DNA from: Caecitellus pseudoparvulus
Taxonomy: Eukaryota > Protista > Bigyra: Bicosoecida
Assembly: GCA_965644315.1 (NCBI GenBank)
Contig: CBFFRQ010000180.1
Span: 1-64,000, forward strand
Length of the DNA: 64,000 nucleotides
Direction: 5' to 3'
Shown here one piece after another: positions 29,001-40,000 of this stretch. Each line of letters starts with the position of its first letter. Within the stretch, counting starts at the first letter, position 1. The notes under the pieces are model-generated. The model made no database searches. It saw only the letters and a program-made list of their open reading frames with translations, and was not told the DNA's origin. The position numbers and the translations under genes were made by a program.

Positions 29001-30920
29001 ACGCTCCGAGGCCCGCCGTGCCCCTGCACAGGTCATGCCAGCTGCCCATCGCCAGGTATGCCACGCCTGCACCACGCTGCATGACGCCACGGCCCCACAC
29101 TGCACGCTCCGAGGCCCGCCGTGCCCCTGCACAGGTCATGCCAGCTGTCCATCGCCAGGTATGCCACGCCTGCACCACGCTGCATGACGCCACGGCCCCA
29201 CACTGCACGCTCCGAGGCCCGCCGTGCCCCTGCACAGGTCATGCCAGCTGTCCATCGCCAGGTATGCCACGCCTGCACCACGCTGCATGACGCCACGGCC
29301 CCACACTGCACGCTCCGAGGCCCGCCGTGCCCCTGCACAGGTCATGCCAGCTGCCCATCGCCAGGTATGCCACGCCTGCACCACGCTGCATGACGCCACG
29401 GCCCCACACTGCACGCTCCGAGGCCCGCCGTGCCCCTGCACAGGTCATGCCAGCTGCCCATCGCCAGGTATGCCACGCCTGCACCACGCTGCATGACGCC
29501 ACGGCCCCACACTGCACGCTCCGAGGCCCGCCGTGCCCCTGCACAGGTCATGCCAGCTGCCCATCGCCAGGTATGCCACGCCTGCACCACGCTGCATGAC
29601 GCCACGGCCCCACACTGCACGCTCCGAGGCCCGCCGTGCCCCTGCACAGGTCATGCCAGCTGCCCATCGCCAGGTATGCCACGCCTGCACCACGCTGCAT
29701 GACGCCACGGCCCCACACTGCACGCTCCGAGGCCCGCCGTGCCCCTGCACAGGTCATGCCAGCTGTCCATCGCCAGGTATGCCACGCCTGCACCACGCTG
29801 CATGACGCCACGGCCCCACACTGCACGCTCCGAGGCCCGCCGTGCCCCTGCACAGGTCATGCCAGCTGTCCATCGCCAGGTATGCCACGCCTGCACCACG
29901 CTGCATGACGCCACGGCCCCACACTGCACGCTCCGAGGCCCGCCGTGCCCCTGCACAGGTCATGCCAGCTGTCCATCGCCAGGTATGCCACGCCTGCACC
30001 ACGCTGCATGACGCCACGGCCCCACACTGCACGCTCCGAGGCCCGCCGTGCCCCTGCACAGGTCATGCCAGCTGCCCATCGCCAGGTATGCCACGCCTGC
30101 ACCACGCTGCATGACGCCACGGCCCCACACTGCACGCTCCGAGGCCCGCCGTGCCCCTGCACAGGTCATGCCAGCTGTCCATCGCCAGGTATGCCACGCC
30201 TGCACCACGCTGCATGACGCCACGGCCCCACACTGCACGCTCCGAGGCCCGCCGTGCCCCTGCACAGGTCATGCCAGCTGTCCATCGCCAGGTATGCCAC
30301 GCCTGCACCACGCTGCATGACGCCACGGCCCCACACTGCACGCTCCGAGGCCCGCCGTGCCCCTGCACAGGTCATGCCAGCTGCCCAACGCCAGGTATGC
30401 CACGCCTGCACCACGCTGCATGACGCCACGGCCCCACACTGCACGCTCCGAGGCCCGCCGTGCCCCTGCACAGGTCATGCCAGCTGCCCATCGCCAGGTA
30501 TGCCACGCCTGCACCACGCTGCATGACGCCACGGCCCCACACTGCACGCTCCGAGGCCCGCCGTGCCCCTGCACAGGTCATGCCAGCTGCCCATCGCCAG
30601 GTATGCCACGCCTGCACCACGCTGCATGACGCCACGGCCCCACACTGCACGCTCCGAGGCCCGCCGTGCCCCTGCACAGGTCATGCCAGCTGCCCATCGC
30701 CAGGTATGCCACGCCTGCACCACGCTGCATGACGCCACGGCCCCACACTGCACGCTCCGAGGCCCGCCGTGCCCCTGCACAGGTCATGCCAGCTGCCCAT
30801 CGCCAGGTATGCCACGCCTGCACCACGCTGCATGACGCCACGGCCCCACACTGCACGCTCCGAGGCCCGCCGTGCCCCTGCACAGGTCATGCCAGCTGCC
30901 CATCGCCAGGTATGCCACGC
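23034..30920. repeat. Tandem array, 103-bp unit, ~76.6 copies, inside H1
   Basis: Unit GAGGCCCGCCGTGCCCCTGCACAGGTCATGCCAGCTGTCCATCGCCAGGTATGCCACGCCTGCACCACGCTGCATGACGCCACGGCCCCACACTGCACGCTCC; three recurrent variant positions. Confidence 0.98.
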
Positions 30921-30963
30921 TTGTCCTGCATGTTGCATGCATGAGCCGGACAGAGTGCTTTGT

Positions 30964-31167
30964 AACCTGCGTGGAGCTCTGGAAAGACCTCTCCTTCCTG
31001 TGGCAGTTCCGCAGTCACGCTTACCGACGCACCGTGCCCTTGCACAGGTCGCGCCAGCTGTACAATGCCAGCTGAGTCATGGTAATCTTTATGTTTTATG
31101 TATGAGGTGGATAGAATGCTTCGCAACCTGCGTGGAGCTCTGGAAAGACCTCTCCTTCCTGTGGCAG
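30964..31167. repeat. 43-bp direct repeat pair
   Basis: AACCTGCGTGGAGCTCTGGAAAGACCTCTCCTTCCTGTGGCAG at 30964-31006 and 31125-31167. Confidence 0.85.
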
Positions 31168-31348
31168 AGCGTGCGTCAGTTCCAGGTGTCTTCGCTGCAG
31201 GGCAGGACATAGCCTTTGGCGGACACACGAAGTGAATGAGGTGTCAAAGGATCATGTAGTGTACTGGTTTTGTTGTGTCTTTTGTAGGTGACTGCGCGCT
31301 CAAGAAGAGTATTGAGTGCAATGAGATTTGCGTTTCAACCGAAACGTT

Positions 31349-32004
31349 CACACCATCACGTCCGAGAGATCTCCTCAACGACACCGATTACACCGACACG
31401 AACGGCACCAGTAGGCTCAAATGCATTCATAATGACCCTGTGTATGCTTGGAAAGCATGTCCTTGCCGGCGCGCCGCAGGGACAGGCGCCCAAAGTGCCA
31501 GGTCGCCGCGATAAGTCCACACCATCACGTCCGAGAGATCTCCTCAACGACACCGATTACACCGACACGAACGGCACCAGTAGGCTCAAATGCATTCATA
31601 ATGACCCTGTGTATGCTTGGAAAGCATGTCCTTGCCGGCGCGCCGCAGGGACAGGCGCCCAAAGTGCCAGGTCGCCGCGATAAGTCCACACCATCACGTC
31701 CGAGAGATCTCCTCAACGACACCGATTACACCGACACGAACGGCACCAGTAGGCTCAAATGCATTCATAATGACCCTGTGTATGCTTGGAAAGCATGTCC
31801 TTGCCGGCGCGCCGCAGGGACAGGCGCCCAAAGTGCCAGGTCGCCGCGATAAGTCCACACCATCACGTCCGAGAGATCTCCTCAACGACACCGATTACAC
31901 CGACACGAACGGCACCAGTAGGCTCAAATGCATTCATAATGACCCTGTGTATTCTTGGAAAGCATGTCCTTGCCGGTGCGCCGCAGGGAGAGGCGCCCAA
32001 AGTG
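31349..32004. repeat. Tandem array, 169-bp unit, ~3.9 copies, inside H1
   Basis: Unit starts CACACCATCACGTCCGAG at 31349, 31518, 31687, 31856. Confidence 0.95.
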
Positions 32005-32985
32005 GGCGGGAGCGGAAATGGATGGTGTACCCAGCGCGCCGGTATAACGCAGGCTCCATCGCGCGCCCGCGCACCGGACCGGTTTAGATGTTTTTATCTA
32101 TCTTTTAAACCCCCAGGTATGTAACCCCAATTTATGATTCAGCTTGCATGCACGCCTGCTGGGTGCTGCCGTGCACTGGCTTGCCGAAAGTGATGGTGTG
32201 GCGTAGCGCCTAGCAGAATGCATTCCAGAGGACGAGGCTGCGGCTATGTAGGTTTTTAATAGCGCTTAACACCCTGGCAGTGCTCCCTTAAGCTCTAGAT
32301 CGCTCTTTTCGTACCTCCACATTGACCTCACAATGAGTCTCAGCGGCTCGACTGGCCGGGGGCTGCCATTGCACGGGCCAGGAAATGGGCCATGTTGGGG
32401 CCTTTGAACCCGGATATCTCGGCCCGTAATACGTCTACAGATCCAAGCTCACGTGGACATGCCTAAATCACTCCGATGCGTTGACGATTAAAAGGACAGG
32501 ACCGTGTGATGCGTTTTGGTCTCTCTACAGCTGGATTCATGGCTGAAAAAATCAACTTTTTCAAATTCGCCAAGACAAAAGAGGCCCAAAATCTGATCTT
32601 TGACCGGCTATGGCTCCAAGGGAAATGCGTTTCAGATTATGAGACTTCGTACACATGGTAAACATTATAGGGCCCACCTATGATATGTGTTCAGGTTTAG
32701 ATTTGATTTTTAGCTTGGGCTCCATGACCAGTTTTGCACCCAAAATGCACAGTTTAAGGCTGTGGCCCGTTCACAATTTTGAAACGCATGACAAAATCAA
32801 GAACCTGAACTACGAATGTTGCCTTACAGCCCTTGGTCGAGTTTAGTGCTCAGAGATCTACAAACGGCTCAGGAATCGCGCTTGTAAGTTAATATTTTTG
32901 GGGACCACCTCCTCATACTCCTCTTTCAGACTTGACGTCTGGGGATGCTCGACCAACTCGCCCTACGGGCTGTGGTCTGTGCCAA

Positions 32986-33125
32986 TTATTTCTATTTATT
33001 GTAGTGATAACCCTTAAGATAACACTTATAAAATAGTAGTAAATAGTAGTATAAAAATGGTATCAAGGGTTTATAAGGGATTGTTTTTGTAGGGGTAGTG
33101 TTTAATAAGTGTTATATATCTATTA
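32986..33125. repeat. 140-bp middle piece of element B terminal region, between the two Helitron 5' ends
   Basis: TTATTTCTATTTATTGTAGTGATAACCCTTAAGATAACACTTAT... aligns to A ~6028-6167. Confidence 0.9.
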
Positions 33126-36100
33126 TTGGCACAGACCACAGCCCGTAGGGCGAGTTGGTCGAGCATCCCCAGACGTCAAGTCTGAAAGAGGAGTATGAGG
33201 AGGTGGTCCCCAAAAATATTAACTTACAAACGCGATTTCTGAGCCATTTGTAGATCTCTGAGCACTAAACTTGACGAAGGGCTGTAAGGCAAAATTCGTA
33301 GTTCAGATTCTTGATTTTGTCATGCGTTTCGAAATTGTGAACGGGCCACAGCCTTAAACGATGCATTTTGGGTACAAAACTGGTCATGGGGCCCAAGCTA
33401 AAATTCAAATCTAAACCTGAACACATATCATAGGTGGGCCCTATTATGTTTACCATGTGTACGAAGTCTCATAGTCTGAAACGCATTTCCCTTGGAGCTA
33501 TAGCCGGTCAAAGTTCAGATTTTGGGCCTCTTTTGTCTTAGCGAAAATGAAAAAGTTGATTTTTTCAGCCTTGAATCCAGCTCTACAGAGACTGAAATGC
33601 ATCGCGCTGCTCTTTCCTTCTACACATCAACGCATCATAGTACATCGAGCATCTCCATGTGAGCTTGGTTCAGTTGGCGTAATACGAGCTGAGATATTCC
33701 GGTCCAAAGGTCCCAAAATGGCCCATTTTCTGGCCCGTGCAATGGCAGCCCCAGGCCAGTCGAGCCCCTGAGACTCATTGGAAGGCCCGTCTGGTGAAAC
33801 GACAGGAGCCATCTAGAGCTCCAGGGAGCGACACCAGCCTGATCAGCGACATTGAAAACCTACATAGCCGTACCCTCGTGCTCAGGAATGCATTCTACTA
33901 GGCGCTAGGCCACACCATCACTTTGCGCGCGCCAGTGCACGGCAGGCGCCAGCAGGCATGTATGCATGCCGAATATCGAGTTGAGGTTGAAACCATGGAT
34001 GTTTCATGGGTAAATTAGAGTATCGGAATCGGTCCAGCGTGCGGGCGCGCGATAGAGCCTGCGCTATACCGGCGTGCTCGGCACACCATCCATTTCCGCT
34101 CCCGGCCACTTTGAGCACCTATCACTGCGGCGCGCCGCCGTAGAATCGAAATCCAAGCATACACACGGTCATTGTACCTAATACGTACCTCAGAATGACT
34201 GTCTAAATTACAAACCTTGTCGCCGTTCAGCAGATCCAGAGGGTGGGTTCGCACGCCAGTGCCGAGGGGCTCGAATATGAGCATGCACCGAAACTCGGCA
34301 TCTACGAACCGCACAAATGTGAAACTTGTGGAGCTCACGTAACTAAATCTCAAACCTAGACATCCGAAGCCCCAGCAAGGATAAATGCGTATTACGCGCG
34401 AAATCGACACTTTAAGTGTAATTCACGCAATCACTAAAACACGCATATATCCACACACACTGCGTTTCAAACCCCTACACTTTACACACATTGCACACAT
34501 TATGTAGGCTAGGCTAGTATATCCTTGAAGGAAAACCAAAGCTTCACACTGAAGCATAATAAGCACATTCAGGTCAAGACAGGACACAAGCTATTTGCTT
34601 CGGTTTTGCCTCAATTCTACATCACAAGGGTCTTCCCAGACACCGTTTCGACCATGGCCCACTGGCGGAGGTCCATGACCACCGGACAGTGTTCTTGGCT
34701 GAGGCCCAGACGGCATCCTGTCGCCGTGAGACCTCCGCCCGTCCGACCCGAGCCTCCGACACGGGCGCACCCGGTCATGTCCACCTTTCACACCATGATC
34801 ACACCTGAATCACGCAGTGCGGCACATGGCCCACTGGTGGAGGTCCATGACCACCGGACAGTGTTCTTGGCTGAGGCCCAGACGGCATCCTGTCGCCGTG
34901 AGACCTCCGCCCGTCCGACCCGAGCCTCCGACACGGGCGCACCCGGTCATGTCCACCTTTCACACCATGATCACACCTGAATCACGCAGTGCGGCACATG
35001 GCCCACTGGCGGAGGTCCATGACCACCGGACAGTGTTCTTGGCTGAGGCCCAGACGGCATCCTGTCGCCGTGAGACCTCCGCCCGTCCGACCCGAGCCTC
35101 CGACACGGGCGCACCCGGTCATGTCCACCTTTCACACCATGATCACACCTGAATCACGCAGTGCGGCACATGGCCCACTGGTGGAGGTCCATGACCACCG
35201 GACAGTGTTCTTGGCTGAGGCCCAGACGGCATCCTGTCGCCGTGAGACCTCCGCCCGTCCGACCCGAGCCTCCGACACGGGCGCACCCGGTCATGTCCAC
35301 CTTTCACACCATGATCACACCTGAATCACGCAGTGCGGCACATGGCCCACTGGTGGAGGTCCATGACCACCGGACAGTGTTCTTGGCTGAGGCCCAGACG
35401 GCATCCTGTCGCCGTGAGATCTCCGCCCGTCCGACCCGAGCCTCCGACACGGGCGCACCCGGTCATGTCCACCTTTCACACCATGATCACACCTGAATCA
35501 CGCAGTGCGGCACATGGCCCACTGGTGGAGGTCCATGACCACCGGACAGTGTTCTTGGCTGAGGCCCAGACGGCATCCTGTCGCCGTGAGACCTCCGCCC
35601 GTCCGACCCGAGCCTCCGACACGGGCGCACCCGGTCATGTCCACCTTTCACACCATGATCACACCTGAATCACGCAGTGCGGCACATGGCCCACTGGCGG
35701 AGGTCCATGACCACCGGACAGTGTTCTTGGCTGAGGCCCAGACGGCATCCTGTCGCCGTGAGACCTCCGCCCGTCCGACCCGAGCCTCCGACACGGGCGC
35801 ACTCGGTCATGTCCACCTTTCACACCATGATCACACCTGAATCACGCAGTGCGGCACATGGCCCACTGGCGGAGGTCCATGACCACCGGACAGTGTTCTT
35901 GGCTGAGGCCCAGACGGCATCCTGTCGCCGTGAGACCTCAGCCCGTCCGACCCGAGCCTCCGACACGGGCGCACCCGGTCATGTCCACCTTTCACACCAT
36001 GATCACACCTGAATCACGCAGTGCGGCACATGGCCCACTGGCGGAGGTCCATGACCACCGGACAGTGTTCTTGGCTGAGGCTCAGACGGCATCCTGTCGC

Positions 36101-36344
36101 TGTGAGACTCATAGTTTACAACTTGCAAACACTTGTTTGGTAAAGAGTTTGACTCAGCATAGCTCCTTTTGGAATTCGTTGCTTGTTTTGGAAAGGCAAG
36201 CTGTTGGAGTCAAGGCACGATCTCAGGCCCAAGTCTAGATCTAGGTCTTGGTCAATGGTCTGTGCCAGACCCAACACCAACACAGAACGGCAAGCCCGTT
36301 GTTGGTGTTGTGAGCCGCGCTAGGCGGCGATCTAGGTCTTCTAG
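33126..36344 (+). mobile_element. Non-autonomous Helitron-family element H2 (3,219 bp), same family as H1, opposite orientation
   Basis: Starts TTGGCACAGACCAC after A(33125), ends TTCTAG before T(36345); ~1.1-kb 5' region and ~115-bp 3' region similar to H1; 12-bp subterminal IR (33127-33138 vs 36256-36267); no RepHel. Confidence 0.9.
34653..36108. repeat. Tandem array, 172-bp unit, ~8.5 copies, inside H2
   Basis: Unit starts CATGGCCCACTGG at 34653, 34825, 34997 and so on. Confidence 0.96.
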
Positions 36345-36480
36345 TAAATATATCTAAGAATGGTATTTATAGATTTTATCTAAGAAAACTATATATAAAT
36401 ATATCTGTTTTTAGTCGCAAACTGCGGCAGCAGTTGAGACATATCGCTCATACATACATTTATGTATGTATTGTCCCCCT
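36345..36480. repeat. Last piece and terminus of element B
   Basis: Aligns to A 6168-6303 including TCTGTTTTTAGTCGCAAACTGCGGCAGCAGTTGAGACATATCGCTCATA; ends TTGTCCCCCT. Confidence 0.9.
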
Positions 36481-37050
36481 CCCTGCTCACGATTGCACCG
36501 GCAGAGGCACTGTGCGAGGAAGGACCGACACAAGCGGACCGCGAAGAAAAATAATCATGCATGAGAATAAGGCCATCTCCCTGGGCCCCTGGCATACTTG
36601 ACCCTTCCGCAGGTGGTGTGGACGTAGCACCATTGACCTTGCGACGCCCCTGCTCACCCTGACGGTGCCCTGGATTGACATACAAACACTCCACCAAACC
36701 ATCTTCCACTACTTGCTATGTCCTAGGCAGGCCACTTCTGCCAGTGAGGGAGAGTCCGTTTCTGACGCTGCGTTGCTGCCTCCCTTGACGAGTCGAGAGG
36801 CAAGAGCATTCAGACTTCGAAAGTCATCCTTGCACCAGCCATCGAAGACAGGTGGAGGCTTCTGCATCACTGCGATCAATTGCTTTGCCCCCGCACATTG
36901 CAACACCAATTCACCCTGCTTTGCGAGGTTGCGGTTTTTGAAACATTGCCCCTTTGCCAACACCTGCGCGAAGCACGCCGGGAAGCCGGGAACTGCATCC
37001 CCCTAACCTTGCCTGCTTGGTACTTGTTTTGTGGCATGGTTTGCAGCAGC

Positions 37051-40000
37051 ATGCGATCGCTGGGCTCTCTCGGACACTTTGCTGTGTTAGCTGCCTGCTT
37101 TGTGCTGGCCTGTGCAGTGATGAACCCGCACAGACGGCCCGGGATGGCCACCGCAACGACTGCCCCCATGATGCCGATGGATACAAGGGCATCCTTCGCT
37201 CGCTCAAAGCCGGGGCAGGCGCTCGTCAAGCGTCAAACATACCCCTCGCAATTGCCACATGGAACTCACAACCGCCTGCTGTCCTCTGCCCACCGCTTGA
37301 GCGCCGCAGCACCGCTAAGAATCAAGTACGTGTGGGACGTAGTCCACAGTGGGGGTGCTACATGTAAAAGCCATGGTGAAAGCGGTGCCCTAAAAGGGCC
37401 TTGCGAGGCCACTGAAGCGACGCACTGCTCTGCTGCTGGGCAGCGCATTGCAGCGTACAACCGTGAAACGTCAGCATGGCAACAGTACACCTGCGTGCCT
37501 GAAGACATTGTGGGGCAAACCGATGTTGGCCTTTCAACAAGGACCCTGGTGCGAGCTCTCGAAAAAGCTGCTGAGCTGTGGGGCGCAGCGCTGTCAGTCC
37601 TGCCTGTGCAGGACGCGGTGTCAATCCCCTTGGAGCTCAAGCAATCCCTGAACATACAGAACTCCTCCGCAGACCACAATCACTGTGACTTGCTTGTCAT
37701 CGTCACAGTGAGACCTGAACCAGCGCAGGGTTCCATTCGTGGCTCAGCAACTTGCTGGCAACGTGATCAGTTCTACAGGTGCACAGTTGGAGTTCTCAAC
37801 GTTGTTCCAAAAGTCATCGCAACGACACAGACAGGAACAACAACTCTCGATTCGATCTTTCGAACAGCAGCCCATGAAGTTGGGCACCTCCTTGGCGCTG
37901 TATCCATGGGGCCACATTGGATCGACTCAAGCTCTCAGCGCCCAGCCCATCCTTCCGAGTACGCCATGGCAATGGGCGCAAGGCCCACGCAGTCGGAGAG
38001 GCGTGCGATCCTTCTGAAATCTCCACGTCTTCTTATTGTTGCAAGGTGGTTCTTTGCCTGCTCTAGCCTCGCAGGCGTTCCTCTGGAAGACCATCCACTG
38101 GGGCACGGACACCACTGGGAGAGTCGGGTTATGGGTCCAGAACTCATGGCCTACGGTCGGCAGACAGGGACTACTTTTTTGTCACCATTAACACTAGCTA
38201 TGCTTGAGGACACGAACCAGTTTGTCGCGAACTATGACGTTGCTGGGCCAATCGGGGCACAATCGACGCTGGCACGCGAGGCCACGAGGCTGCACACTGG
38301 CAATGAGACCCTCGCACTCCCCAACACACTGGCAGAGATGCTGCCAGGTACTCGTCTTGACTGGCCTATGTGGGGTTTCAAGGCTGGCTGCGACTTTGTG
38401 AAGGGCGTGCGTGCCAAGAACTGGCCCGCCGAGTACACTTGCACGCAGCATGGTGTGCGTGGGTGCACCGCAGACCGCTCATGGACTGGGCTGTGCCAGC
38501 TGTCCAGTGAGCTCAACATTCCGTGGCCGTACTCATGTAGTGAAGTCGAGGAGCACGCAGTTCAAGGCAGCCAAGGTGGGCGGTACGCGCTATGGCGTTC
38601 GGCTTGCCCTCAGGGCAGCCCTCCGGCGCAATGCCAGAATGGCAGCTGCCCTCTACCTGACGCTTTCCAACTCTTTGGCAACAATAATTTCTCCCTCGCT
38701 CCACTCGATGCCAGCGGTTTGCGCTTGCCAAGTTCTAACCTGGCACCCGAGAGGGTTGGCGGAGTCATTGCAGCCATGGATTTCCTGCCGACCACTTTGC
38801 GACTCAGCAAGTGCGCACAAGACGATTTGACTGCCGGGTACTCGGCAGCTTCCCAATACTTGCAAACGGATTCTTCGGGGCAAATACGCTGTCGTGATTG
38901 CCGCTGCTTCCACAGCACATTGTCTGAGTCGCCGCTGGGGCGTTGGACAAGCCAATCACCAGCAGCCTCCAGCGGCTGCTACAGATCCAATTGCTTCTCG
39001 AAAGAGTTACTCCAGGTGGGCATCCAAAGGGTGGAAACTTCATCAATGATGTGGTTTGATTGCCCGCGCAATGGTGGGGACTTGGTTGTCCCGGGGTGGT
39101 CTGGGCGACTTCTCTGCCCTCCAGCGACGCGCTACTGCGAGACCCAACCGCTCACAGGCAACCTCGAGAGAACTGCTACCCATGAAGCACAATGGGGGCT
39201 CCTCATCGTGATTTGGCTTGCACTTTGCGCCGGCTGCATCCTCACATGCTCACGCAGAGCATCGCGCTTCGCAGCAAGGCAGTGCACGCGGGCGTGTGCC
39301 GTGACCGCTTTTCACCAACGACGTGAACTCCTCTGCGATCCAGCTCTGCAGGACATGTCCAGGTGGCTTTGGTCAGCTGCTCCCTCTGTCAAGGCTCGTG
39401 TGGGGCGCTACGTGGCCTGGATGCAAGGCTTCTCCACCTTGACGGCTGCAGGTGCGCTGCTTTGCTTCGGAACTGGCTGGATGCATATTGCCCACGCTTC
39501 TGTGGTCCTGATCGTCATGGGGCTTTCATGCATGCTTGGTATTCTTGGTCGCCGTAGTTTCTCCGTTCCAGCCCACGGGGCTCCTTGCGGTGCACTGGCA
39601 TTCACAGTCAGCGCTGGCACGTGCGCCCTTGCCTTGTTCGTTGGGGGCGGAATCTTGTTCTTCGCAGCTTCGCAGCCGGGACTGACGGAAACATACGCTC
39701 GAAGCATCGGATGCAGCTACCTCTCCTCCGCGGATACGGTCCTGTGCGGGAGCACGTCGGGCATCCGAACACATAGCCTTGCAGGCTCCCTCGTCCGAGT
39801 GCTGACTACTGCAATTGGCCTGCTTTGCTGTTGCGTTGGAAGCTTGCTGCTCTGTTCGTCCACGACCGCCATCCGATCCTTGCCCACGACTCCCCTCGTT
39901 CCTGTGCTCGCATGCTCTTCATGGCTCAGCCTTGGACTCTCCGCGTCCGTCCTGGTCGCTGCAGCATCTGACGCACTGTTCTGGCGTGCCTCCTTCTGGC

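Larger units (their letters stand above)
14455..32985 (-). mobile_element. Putatively autonomous Helitron-family element H1 (18,531 bp)
   Basis: Inserted between A(14454) and T(32986) of a sequence uninterrupted in A, no TSD. Minus strand starts TTGGCACAGACCAC and ends TTCTAG; 13-bp subterminal inverted repeat (14532-14544 vs 32972-32984); two 3' hairpins; intact RepHel ORF. Confidence 0.92.
6304..36480. mobile_element. Endogenous virophage element B, right-hand part (own sequence 6304-14454, 32986-33125, 36345-36480), interrupted by element A and two Helitrons
   Basis: MCP fragment, fibre-like ORF, methyltransferase, nuclease, integrase; the three terminal pieces rejoin into a sequence collinear with A's end; abrupt switch to GC-rich host DNA at 36481. 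Confidence 0.9.

Noticed and set aside
22940-31228. Over 150 short ORFs of 90-101 aa
   Set aside because: They are translations of the 103-bp repeat, whose length is not a multiple of three.
32655-33456. Mirror-image 63-aa ORFs (32655-32846 and 33265-33456)
   Set aside because: A by-product of the shared 5' regions; short, antisense to the elements, with no recognisable motif. A micropeptide cannot be fully excluded.
23034-36108. CRISPR-like arrays
   Set aside because: Units are contiguous and near-identical with no unique spacers, and no cas genes are present.
14455-36344. A single 21.9-kb cut-and-paste transposon with ~115-bp terminal inverted repeats
   Set aside because: The apparent TIRs are the 3' ends of two oppositely oriented Helitrons. 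There is no TSD or DDE transposase, and the central 140 bp is the collinear missing piece of the virophage end.
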